From the NCBI GenBank assembly GCA_000388065.2, contig KB932211.1: a stretch of 35,475 bases of DNA, one strand, 5' to 3'. Both the position numbers and the translations under genes were made by a program. The stretch comes from Fonticula alba ATCC 38817. Taxonomy: Eukaryota; Protista; Nucleariida. Below, piece after piece: positions 11,290 to 21,947 of the stretch. Under the pieces are notes generated by a model that saw nothing but the letters and a program-made list of their open reading frames with translations, was not told the DNA's origin and ran no database searches. Each line of letters starts with the position of its first letter. Position 1 is the stretch's first letter.

Positions 11290-12132
11290 ACCTGCCCGCC
11301 GGGTGGCTGACAGGGCCNNNNNNNNNNNNNNNNNNNNNNNNNNNNNNNNNNNCCCCCCCCCCCCCCCCCCGGATGCAGCGCCCCGACCGGGGGGGAACAC
11401 CGCGAGATGCCGAGTTCATAAGGGGTCCCCTGGACGGTAGGCGGCTCTCCCGCCCTCCCGCCCCTCCCCCGCAGCCACACGCAGGCCCCAGCGCACCCTG
11501 TTATACGCAAGCCACTCCACAAGCGCGTCGAGATAGGGGATGATCAGGTGAGAGTCATAGCCGATGCTCCGGGTCTGGCCCCGGTAGAGGAAGTTCGATG
11601 AATTCATCAAGTGAAGGACGCCATTCAGATCGATCGGCAACACTCGCCAGGCGTTCCCCTCTCGCCGGTTGAAGAAGTGGCCATAGAGGGACGGGGAGGA
11701 CTTCCTGGCATCCGGAACAGGCCTGGGTTTGGCGGGGCGCCAGGCGCCGGTCGGGCCCGCCGGGCCGGACGGACCACCGCCACCGGTGACACGCGCCCCG
11801 GTGCCCTCCTGGGCAGGTGTCCCGGCGGCAAGTGCCTCTGGCGAGGGGAGGACCACCGGGGCGGAGGGCCGCCCGTGCGGATTCTCCCCATTTTCGCCCT
11901 CGAGGGCGGGCTTGTCGCCATCCTCATCATGGTCATCATCGGTGCCGGGGTCATCATCGGTGCCGGGGTCATCATCGACATCGAGCTCGTCCGAAGCGAT
12001 ACCGCCAGCGTCTTCCATATCAGACGGCGGCTCCCCCTGGTCCAGGGGATCCAGCGAGTCCCCGGAGTCCTCCCGCCGTGGGGGCATGCTGCCGCTCGGC
12101 GTGGTATACAGATTGATTCGATAGATTCCCAT
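7921..12132 (-). CDS. FEN1/XPG-superfamily PIN-domain nuclease, Asteroid-like (XPG_I_2 type), 4 exons, about 1077 aa
   Basis: Exons 12132-11497, 10935-10415, 10317-10133 and 9812-7921 join through GT..AG introns in consistent phase (0, 2, 1), total 3234 nt, stop TAA. Motifs appear in the canonical order: MGI, VLPIDLNG, YPVFVMDG..K..T..ER, SEADE..SLL...VPVLS-PDLDF (split across an intron) and the H3TH motif LPLILGCDF. Small in-frame introns inside exons 2 or 4 cannot be excluded. Confidence 0.82.
11289..11317 (+). repeat. 29-bp exact repeat after poly-C, copy 1 (partner 13618-13646)
   Basis: CACCTGCCCGCCGGGTGGCTGACAGGGCC is present at both sites. This copy abuts an N gap. Confidence 0.85.
11925..11977 (-). 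repeat. 18-bp in-frame tandem repeat (DDDPGT x2) within the nuclease acidic insert
   Basis: TCATCATCGGTGCCGGGG occurs twice on the plus strand. Confidence 0.85.
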
Positions 12133-12164
12133 GGAGTATGGTAGGCGGTGGCGCGCGACGTGGG

Positions 12165-12195
12165 GCAATCAATGGGCGGGATTTCTTTAATAGGA
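12165..12195 (-). promoter_or_regulatory. Possible core promoter of the nuclease gene
   Basis: The minus strand reads TATTAAAG, CCCGCCC and ATTGATTG within about 60 nt of ATG 12132. Motif resemblance only. Confidence 0.3.
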
Positions 12196-13194
12196 GGCGA
12201 GAGATCAAAGAGGGAATCGATGTGTTGCCTGCTCGGGCGGTCGCGTGCATGAGGCCCACTCTTAAGTCTTCTACCAGAAGGGAGAGGGGGGGGCGGGCGG
12301 GCGAGAGACACAGAAAGAGGAATCGCCCCTGGGCTCCGACCCCCGGGCCGGCCTCCGAGAGGAAGCCCCGAAACGGCTGACCAAAGCCACGCCAGAAACT
12401 TCGGCGATCCGCGCTCGCTCTGTTCGTCTTTCCCCCAGCTCGGGGGAGGTGCTCGCCCCCCGCCGCCCCCCCAATGTCGAGGCCCCCGGACCAAAGGGGG
12501 AAGCCGGAGACTCTGGCAAGGGAGGCCACTTGCTTCTTTGGCCTCCCCACTGTTGGGCAGATCTGCCAACGTAGTCAAAAGCCCCAACGCACGGCTCGGC
12601 CAGCGCTCAAGCAACTTGCTCAGGGGTCCGCTGGGCTCCACCCCATTTCGCGGCGCGTGTCCGTGAGATCGCCGGGGCCCGACCTCCCCAGTGGCAAGGC
12701 GGGACCCGCGTTCGGAGCGCCCCGCAGGAAGCGGCCGGGGCTCGGCGCGCTGATCTTCCGAGATGCACAGGCCGAGGGGCGCGGCGCGGGGGCCGCCCTC
12801 TCCGCCGCGCCCATGTCCGGCCGGTCGATCCTCTCCGGCATATCGGCGGCGGTGCCTCCCCCCCCCCGTCCCCGCCGCAAGCAGCCATACTCAAAGCAGG
12901 CAGCTGCCCCAGCCTCGAAGAGGCACGCGTGTCCGGCAAAGGAAAGCCCCAGGCTCGGGCCCCCTGCCTCCTCTGCCTGACGCTGTCCCGCCGCTTGGTG
13001 AACACACGCCCACGATACCATCCAGGCAAGCACCCGCTCGCCCTCCTCCGCCCTCCCCCCTCGCCCGGCCCCTGCCGGGCAAGTGTAATCCAGGGAGTTT
13101 GGCATATTCGATGTCGTGAATGGCCACATGTGTGGTCGACCCAGGGGCCCCTATGGCCTTTCGGAGGGGAGTCCGCACCATGGAAGCCACGCAC

Positions 13195-13260
13195 CTGCTG
13201 CTGCTGCTACTGCTGCTACTGCTGCTACTGCTGCTGCTACTGCTGCTGCTGCTGCTGCTG
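13195..13260. repeat. (CTG/CTA)22 trinucleotide microsatellite
   Basis: Directly visible. Confidence 0.95.
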
Positions 13261-13617
13261 CTTGAGCTCAGCCCCGGGGGCAGGGAAGTTCTTTGGGCCC
13301 CGGCAACCTCCGGCGCGCTCTGGCCACACGGTCTTGCCCGGGTCCGCTCGACCAGCCGCGTGGCGGCCGAACGGCAATCACCCCGGTCGATCGCGAGCGA
13401 AGGAAATCCCGCGGAAGCGGACCACCGAAAGCCCTCCGGCCCGGCGCCAGCGTGTGATGCCGGTGGGCATGTGGATGGGCTGATCCCGGGCCAACACCCC
13501 GGGCGGCTGCCTGTCCATGTCCCCGCTGGCAGAGGGCCGACGCCCATACGCACAACCGGATGCCACCTTTTGGGAAGGCACCGCTTGCCTCCATCCGTGT
13601 CCACCCCCCCCCCCCCC

Positions 13618-13646
13618 CACCTGCCCGCCGGGTGGCTGACAGGGCC
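13618..13646 (+). repeat. 29-bp exact repeat after poly-C, copy 2
   Basis: Identical to 11289-11317. Confidence 0.85.
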
Positions 13647-14329
13647 AAAACCACAGGCTCTGCTCGCCAACCCCCCTCACCCCATGTGCGCCACAATGTG
13701 CATCGTAGCCGGATTGCCACCCCCTCACATCCCCCGCGAACGCCCGACACACAGGGGAAGCACGTCCTATCAGCCCCAGCACGGGCGGCTCATGCGCTGG
13801 CCAGCACACGAGGGAGCATCGGGAAAGGAGGCGCGCGACCGGCCCAAAGGGCGCTGCCTGTGAACGGGAGCCCCGGCGCCCGGGGGGCGTTTCTCATGCA
13901 AGAGAAAAAAAGAAGACCAGGCAGCCAGCCCGTGAGGATGCAACATGCCGGGGCCGGGCATGCACCGCATGCGAGGGATCTCCCCGTTAAGTCAGGCCAC
14001 CCATCTTTGTCAAGCACGCGGTGGATTCAACGATCCGTGCACCCAGGCCGCGCTTCGTAGCCGGCGACACCCAAAAGCATCACCGCCGCAGCCACATAGG
14101 TATCATCGCCAGCAATAGCGGAAATGGTTTCACAGGTAGCCGATGGCAAAGCGCAAGACTGGGGGAAAAAAAGCCCACCATTGGGCCCGGCATGACCTTG
14201 CTAAGAGGGAGTGGGTCTACGGGAAGCAGAAGGAATCCTGCCTGGCCGGAAATAAAGGGAGGGGCAGAGACAGGGAGAAAGAGAGATAGAAGCGGGGAGA
14301 GATTGCAATGCGCCCGGAGAGGCCCACCG

Positions 14330-15260
14330 ACCAGCGCGGCCCGTTCGTTGGCTGTCCCGCTCGCATCATCAAACCATTTAATTTCGCTTTTTCCTTTGAC
14401 AAAGACTACGAGACGCGCACGCACGATACCGACCTCGCGTGCCCTTCTCTCTCTCCCTCTCTCTCTCGCCCCTGCGCCCCTCTGCCCCCATGACGGAGCC
14501 ACCTAAAAGGGAATCGCTCGCCCCCCCCCCCCCCCCCCCCCCCCCCCGTCTCCGGCCTGCTGGTGGCCTCGCTGCTGTGCGGCTNNNNNNNNNNNNNNNN
14601 NNNNNNNNNNNNNNNCCCCCCCCCCCGCCCCTCCTTCTCTTGGCCCCCGCTCGCCTGGCCCCGCGATCAGTGATGCATCCCCACAAGCCAGCAGGTGTCC
14701 GGCTCTCCGACAGGGAAACGGAAGGTCGCGCGCATCGGCCTTCGCGGCCGGGCCACCCTCCACCGGCACACACGCACACGGCCACCGGAAGCACGGCACC
14801 TTTTTTTCCCCTTCTCCCAGCGGGGCAGCCTCCTCCGGGCGCGAAGAAGTGCCCCCTCTCTCCTTGGCAATCCCGGGGGGGGGGGGGGGGGGGGGCTCTC
14901 CTCGCTCGCGCCAAGGGTGCCCGGCGCTCGGCCATGGACCTGCTTTGTGATGTACACCCTTCGGACGTTCGTCCTCGCGCGCAGAAAGGTCCGTGGACGA
15001 AATAGGGTGTTATGGCGCGACCTGCCCGGGTGCATCAAGATTCTCCGCCTGTCTGTCCATGACACCCGGGGGTCGTGTACCTTGGAGAGTGGAGCCGCAG
15101 CCAGCACCACCAGCACCGAGCACATGTCCCCCTCCACCTAGCTGCCCACGGCGCTTCGATTGGAGCTCACACATGCCGGCCCATGGCCAGCATATCCACC
15201 CACGCAGGGGCCCGCTCGCGATCGGTGCATATGTGCGCGTGGGAACACCCACAGCAGCAG
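14330..15260 (+). repeat. Diverged duplicated block, copy B, including motif copy 3 at 14346-14406
   Basis: CGTTGGCTG-N10-ATCATC...TTTTTCCTTTGACAAAGAC, followed by the same collinear anchors as 3770-4810. Confidence 0.65.
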
Positions 15261-17102
15261 CAGCAACAGCAGCCACACGGAGCTGGAGGGCGATGGCATG
15301 CACATCGGCCCACATGCCGCCCGTCCTCCTCGCATGGAGGCGGGCCCAGCTGGGTCAGCTGGATTGCCCCCAACACAGGTACCCCCCCCCCCCAGGGTCC
15401 CTCCTGCGCGCGGGTATGGCGCCTTCTCCCGGCAGCCCGACTCGGCGCCGCGCACCACGCGGGCGTAAGCAAGCACACACCATGGGCGTCCCAATGCCTG
15501 CGCGCCCCTTTGTCCGGCCAGAGGCTGCTCACCCCGCATGCGTGCGAGCCAATGTCCCACATGGGGGAAGCGAGCGGGCCCGACGAAGCAGAGCCGAATG
15601 CATGCACGAACCCTGGCAACAGGTGCCGCTGGATCCCTCGGGGGATCTCGCTCCGGCTGGGCCTCACACGCCAGCCGGGGAGCCAGGCAAGCCGCGACAG
15701 GGGCGCCGGTGGGCATGCTCTCCCGGCCAAATCACAGCCCCCACGTCCGGGCAAACAGCCACCCAGTAGGCCCCGGAGGGGAGCCGCACCCCGGCGAGAA
15801 GAAGGACACCGGCCAGCCTTTTTTTTTTTTTCGCGCGCGCCCCCAGGCGATGAGCTTTGTCATCTTGCAAACATGCCCCGTGCAATGGGGCCCGGAACCC
15901 GAGTCGCCGCCGCGGGCAGGTGCGGGTCCGCGCCCGCGCGCTCGTCCACAGCACAGGCTGCGACACACCCGAGCCAGGTGCCAGCAAAGGGCAACGCAGG
16001 GAGGGGCAGGCCCGGGACCGGCCATGTCGCCGACGCTGTGCCCCCCGGGGGGGGGGGGGGGGGAGGCCCAGCGCGTCGACAGAGTCCGCAGCAAGCAAAA
16101 AAAATGGCCCCGCCTCCCAGGGCATGCGCAGGCGGCGCAAGGGCGAGGCAGACGGAGGGAGCCAAAGCACGGCCCGCGCCGCATCGTGTGCCTTGCGGGC
16201 CGGGCCAGACCCACGGCGAAGGTGGCCGCTTTGACACCCGCACCACGGCTCGACGCGCCCCGCGCGCCCGGGGGCCGCCTTGCCCTGCCGGCCGGGACCA
16301 GCGGAGGTGCCCACAGCGCGGGGCACGATGTTTAAATTTCCAATCGGCATGGCGGCCGGCCCGTTGTCACTTTCCACCATCGCCCCTCCGAGCGGATGGG
16401 CAGGCCGGAGCGCGGTCGAGCCCCGGGCCGGGAGCAGCGCACACACGCGCGCCCCGGGGCACTTCCGTCCATGGCCGCCGACGGCGGGCCCCCGGTCCGG
16501 CCGGGAGACTGGGGCGTCGGCGATCGCACCACGGCCGCCACGCGGACCACCTCGACTCCCGTGCCACCCCCAAGGCCGGCCGCCCAGCAACCACCCACCC
16601 GGCCACCCTGGCGAACATCCGCCGGCCAACAAAGCCGGACGCCCGCGGCCCTGCCCCCGGCGCGACAAGGCCCCGGCGCGCGATCTCCATCAGCGACATC
16701 AGCCCCCGCCCCCTCACGCACCCACCGAAAACACCGCAAAAACTGCCGGGAGCCCGACCAGAGCGAATGCCCCCCTCGCCGGGGCTGACCTCGTAGAAGG
16801 AGGCGCCCCAGAGCCCCAGCCAAGGCAAGGCACTGTTCGGGCGAGGGGGGCTTCCCCGGGGACGGGGGGCAAGAAGCCGGGCCGTCGCCGGTTATGGCTA
16901 TGGTTGCTCGACCGTGCCGGCTTGCGCGCGTGTCGCGTGGCGATCGGCCCGAGAGCCGGGTGCTGGCCACGCGAATGACGCTACATCCGCCGAGACCCCC
17001 CCCCCGGGCAGGCCCCTCTTCCGGCGGACGACCATCAAAGGCATGGCGTCGATCTAAGACACAGGGCGACGGGGGGAGGGGGGGAGTTCCAACGAGCACC
17101 CA

Positions 17103-17145
17103 GCCAGTACCCGGCCAGTACCCGGCCAGTACCCGGCCAGTACCC
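17103..17145. repeat. 11-bp tandem repeat GCCAGTACCCG x4
   Basis: Directly visible. The last unit is one base short. Confidence 0.92.
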
Positions 17146-17300
17146 AGCTGTCCGTCGACCCGTGGGGCCGGAGCAGAAGGGCGCCGGCCTTTTGCCCGGG
17201 AATATACTTGCCCATGTATTATTGCCCCTTTTTTCCCCGATCAGGACCCAGACCAACAGAGGGGGGCACCCCACCCGGAACCGCCCCGGCCCTGCTCGCC

Positions 17301-17899
17301 TGTAGTGGAATCCCCATGTAAGCTGTGAATAGAGCAACACGTGAGAGTATCCACCTCACGTGTTAAACCAAAGAAGGACAAAGTTCCAATAGCATTCTCT
17401 TGATCGAGAATGCGGGGTTGGATAACGGCCCAGGTGGCCCGGCGAGGTCGAGCGGTGTAGGCGCTCGACCAAGCGTGGAGATACGCGGGGGGGGACAAGT
17501 CCCACCGCGGGGTTCTCAGATCCACCCCTTGACCTATCCCAAAGGTCAAAAGGGGGGCTCCCGCAAGGGACCTCCCGAGAGTGAAGACCTTAGCAGCTGT
17601 GTGTCGAAGAGTATACGAAAGTATAGCTGAAACACCAGTCAAGTCGACGAACACCTGTTCTAAGGCTTCCTCTCGAACCCCTTTTATTTATTCGAGTTTC
17701 TCTTTCTATTTCGCTTGCCACTAACTCGACTCAAACCGAGTTACTGACTCACTCTGGAAACAGACGACCGTGAACCGCTGGTTGGTATGTTCCCTTTATT
17801 CATGCCTAGAGGTTACTAACCGGGTGGCAGATCACACTGGTACCCTTCGTCAAGCTTCACTCACTTGACTTAGGCTTAACCCGTGTGAACCCTGCTACA
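17301..17899. mobile_element. 599-bp solo LTR of an LTR retrotransposon
   Basis: TGTAG...CTACA termini (5-bp inverted repeat) with an exact 5-bp target-site duplication TCGCC at 17296-17300 and 17900-17904. GC drops sharply relative to the flanks. AATAAA occurs on the minus strand near 17685 and 17797. No gag/pol sequence is adjacent. The superfamily cannot be determined. Confidence 0.88.
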
Positions 17900-18523
17900 T
17901 CGCCCCCTACACGTGCCCCGAGGGCGTGCACGTGAGCACAGGACACCGCGGGGCCCCATCCTGGAACATACCTCGCGGCCATGTCAATGGTTGGGGTCTT
18001 GGGGCGGAGAGGGGCCCCCCACCCTTGGTGCGATTCTCCGTTCCACCCCCGATCCCAATTCTCAGCCCCTCTCCTTCCGAGGGCGCCTCGCCCCCCCCTT
18101 CCGGGGCTGCCCCTTTGCCGGACATTCGCCGCCCATTCGGGCCCGACTGGGCGGTCCGATCCCGCCCCCTCCGGACAACCTTGCGGCTGCCGGTCGGCTC
18201 GCCCGGTTCGCCAGCTCACTGTGCCCCGGCCGGCGGCGAATGCCCGGCAGAACAGCCGTCAAAGCCGCGCCCCTCAAGTGACCACCGCCCAAACCCGCCA
18301 GCACCCGGCCGGGTCATTTCCCGGACACAGGCCCCCGGCTAGACGGCTGATGGGTGAGTGGTACGGGGCGCCGTCTCGTTCCTCGGGCCAGGGGAGCGGC
18401 TGCGCAGCGACGACGCAGGGCAGAGGGGCACACGGGCCCGGTCGTGGGGATCTCCGGTCCGGCTCTTCGCGGCCAGGCCGGGTCCCCAGGGATCAACAAT
18501 GGNNNNNNNNNNNNNNNNNNNNN

Positions 18524-21500
18524 TACCGAGGTCGACCCCCTCGAGTGCGTGTTCCTCCAAGAGGGCCAGGTCTGCATCGACTCGGGGCTCATGCTGGTGG
18601 CCTTCAGCTTCCATCACCTTGGCCAGGGCAAGCGCGCGATCACGCTCCCGGCGTCGTGCCCCACGGTCAAGTGGTGCCTCAACTGCCTGGACGTGCCGTC
18701 CACCACCAAGACCCAAATCCGAGCCCTCGCTCGCCAGCGCTGGGTTGGCGACATGGCCGCGGCCGGCATCAAGGCCCGGGCCTGCAAGGCCGACTGCCAC
18801 GAGGCCCGCTTGGCGCTGGCCACGCGCCTGGCCGCTCACCAGAACAAGCTCCTGCTCAGCCTCCACGGCAGCCTGGTCCTGGCGGAGTTCGATCACCCCC
18901 TACACAGCCTCCACCCGGACCTGCCCGACGGCCCGGCCAAGACAACGCTCCTCAAGAACAAGCTCTGCCCGGAGGCCCACCTCGAGCCAACCACCACCCC
19001 GGGCCAATTCCTCCTGGCCGATCCATCTCACGGCCGCGGACTCCTAATCCCCCTCGACCGGCTCCCCTGCAAGACCCTCGTCCTGTCGAAGGTGCGTCTC
19101 GCTTGCCGGATCCGCCTTGCTTTTTGTCCCCCCCCCCCCTGAGAAGGCAGCGACCTGCTCGTGCCAGCCCATCGATCACCCATACGTCCCAGGCCTGTGC
19201 CATTCCACCCACTGCTCGACGCTTCTCCCTCCTCCCTCCCCCCCCTCCCACCGCCACTCCTCCCCGCAGCTGTCATGAACTATCGCTTGGAGATACTCGC
19301 CTCCGGGCAGCCGTACCGCTTCACCGATGAGTAGGGCGACGCTCACTGGATCCCCGAGGTACGCCCATGCCGGAAGCCCGAATGGCTCCTCCATCGAGGG
19401 GAACACACACACACACACAGACACAGACACAGACATAGACACAGACACAGACACAGACACACACTCACACTCACACTCATATTCACACTCACACTCACAC
19501 TCTCACCACCCTCGCTCCGGGCCCCGCGCCCCACCCGGCCGGCATCCCCCTGCTCAGGTCGGCCAATCCGGTAGCTTTGCCTTCCGCTGCGAGGATAGGA
19601 TCCTCTTCATCGCAAAGGACAGGGTCCAGTACTACTGCTTCATGACCGGCAATTTACACACCCACAGTCTCATGTCCAGCCGGCTGCCGATCGATCAACA
19701 TGGCACCTTCCATTTGAACGGCCCTCTCCTGTACATATCTTTCCTTGCCCAGCCCATTGGTCTGTTCCTCAGGAGCAAGACCCACCTATTTCCCGAGGTG
19801 CGCCATGGGCAACCCCCTCGCCATGACCGCCCGCCTTCTGTGCTCGTCCGCCCGCCCGCCCGCCCGCCCGCCCGCCCGCCCGCCCGCCCGCCCGCCCACC
19901 TGACCCTCTCCGCCCTTTCTTTGCACCCAAGCGCGGTGTCCCCGGCAGTGACCTCTTCGTATGCAGTCAGCGGGCGTTGCTGCTCGAGAGGAATGGTATC
20001 ACAGCATTCGCCTTCGACTCAACCCGCTCCCCCAACACACGCACCACCTGGTCCACGGTTAGCTCGAAATCATGGGATACCTTCACCCTCGACGGGCCGC
20101 TCCTATGTGCGACATCTCACGACACTCCGGTCGGCCTCTTCGTCGGTGGCTCCACCATCAGCCTGCCCGAGGTATGACACATGCCCGGCCGGGCCGGGCC
20201 GGCCCACATCCCCCTCCTCGGATCTGCCCCGCTGACTTGCCTGCGCCCGGCGTTGGCCCCGACACAGAACCGGACCCCCGGGCACCCGGCCTTTGTCTTC
20301 CATGACACCGTGCTCGCCCTGTTCCAGACCGGAATCCGAAGCTTCTCCCTCAGCATGAAGGGCCAGCCGGCCGACGGGCGTTGCTGGCTGAAGACCAGAA
20401 TCCCGGCCGATGGGACCTTCCTTCTCAAGGGCCCGTTCCTGCACCTGTCCTCCCGGGCCGACCCCATCGGCTTTCTCCACGACCAAGACATCCACCAGAT
20501 GTGCCAGGTGTGTTTCTCCCGTCCGCCGGCCCTTCGCCGCGCCTCACGCCCAATGCTCGTCCCTTGTCTCATGGCTCTTCTCACCCGGCCCCCCCCCCCC
20601 TTCGGCCCCGTTCTCCCGCTTCTCGCCCGCCGCTCCAGAATGGCACCGCCGGCCGGGCTTTCTTCATCCATGGCAACACGGTCCTGCTGAATTTCCGCGG
20701 CGACGTGTGGGAGTTCCGCTTTTCCGACTTCAATGAGCTTCTCAAGCAAACCATCTGGCCCGATGTGGTGGTCACCCCGACCGACACCTTCACCCTGCAG
20801 AGGTCCTTCCTATTTGTATCCTCCCAGAAGTACGCCGTCGGGGTCCTGCTCAACGACCAAATCTATTCGTTCCCCCAGGTACATGGCCGCTTGGCGCTGG
20901 CCCTCCACCCTGCCTGGTCGCTTGCCCGCTCGCCCGCTCGCCCGGTCTCACGCACGCTCTTCCGTAGTACGGCGCATCGGGACACGCGCTCTTCTCGGGC
21001 CCGGGTACCATTTTGCTCATCCACCAGAGCACCGTCTTATCCTTCTCCATCGACAACACCGTCGAGCTGGCACAGGGCCCGGCCTGGGCCAAAATCCCCC
21101 CCTCGCCCGATGCCACATTCGTCCTGGATGGCCCTTTCCTGCGGGTCTCCTCGCACCCGGCCCCGATCGGGCTCTACCACGAGGACCGCCTGCTTCGGCT
21201 GCCGCCAGTGCGCGCGCACACACACACACACACACATGCCTTCACCACCTGCCCCGGGCTACTCACCCGCCCGCCTGCCCTGCCCACAGCTCGGCGCCCC
21301 TGGCCACCCCGAGTTTGTGGCCGAGAATGCCGTGCTCATCGCCAGCAGCAGCAGCATCCGCTTCTTTTCCCTCGATTCGGGCGCCTCTTCGCCCTCGGAG
21401 CTTAGCCCCGCCGGGGAGCAGCACATCCCCCCCGGCAGCACCTTCACCCTGGATGGGCATTTCCTGCGCCTGCCCTCCCTCTTGGCCCCGGTCGGCCTCT

Positions 21501-21916
21501 TCGTCCAGGGCCATGCCCATCCCATGCCCGAGGTATGGCCCTGGTATCCTCTCTGGCTGCCGCTTGCCGTCTGCCCCGCCCCGCCCCGCCCCGCCCACTC
21601 ACTTGCCCCCTCGATCCCCCGTGTGTCGCGCAGGCCGGCGTCGCCGGCCACACCGTCTTCGTTGGTGCCAAGGAGATCTTGCTCCTGCAACGACAGGGCA
21701 TCCACTCCTTCCCCATCCACCCGTCGGGCCAGCCCACCGAGGGGGCCCCCTGGGCTCGGATGCCCATCCCCGCCGGCAGCACCTTCGCCCTGGATGGGCA
21801 CTTCCTGCACGTGTCCTCCCTCCCGGCCCCGGTCGGCCTCTACCACGAGGGCACCGTCTATCCGTTGCCCAAGGTCCGCCCAACGACGGCCACCTGTCGC
21901 CCACCTCCCGCCCCCG

Positions 21917-21947
<31 letters not shown>

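Noticed and set aside
13120-13863. Poly-Leu ORF as a membrane protein, or poly-Ser / poly-Gln on the minus strand
   Set aside because: The run is a simple CTG/CTA microsatellite, and the flanking sequence is not protein-like in any frame.
14005-14404. Inverted-repeat element bounded by CTTTGTCAA / TTGACAAAG
   Set aside because: No TSD, and the right arm is part of the conserved upstream motif. Probably chance.
14930-15141. Coding-like fragment MYTLRTFVLARRKVRGRNRVLWRDLPGCIKILR
   Set aside because: Short, with no supported splice context and no family I can name with confidence.
16328-16350. Isolated TTTAAATTTCCAATCGG promoter-like island
   Set aside because: No supportable gene next to it on either strand.
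17580-17640. Hammerhead-like GTGAAGA...GAAAC inside the LTR
   Set aside because: The core lacks the conserved C, and stem II lacks the required G-C closing pair.
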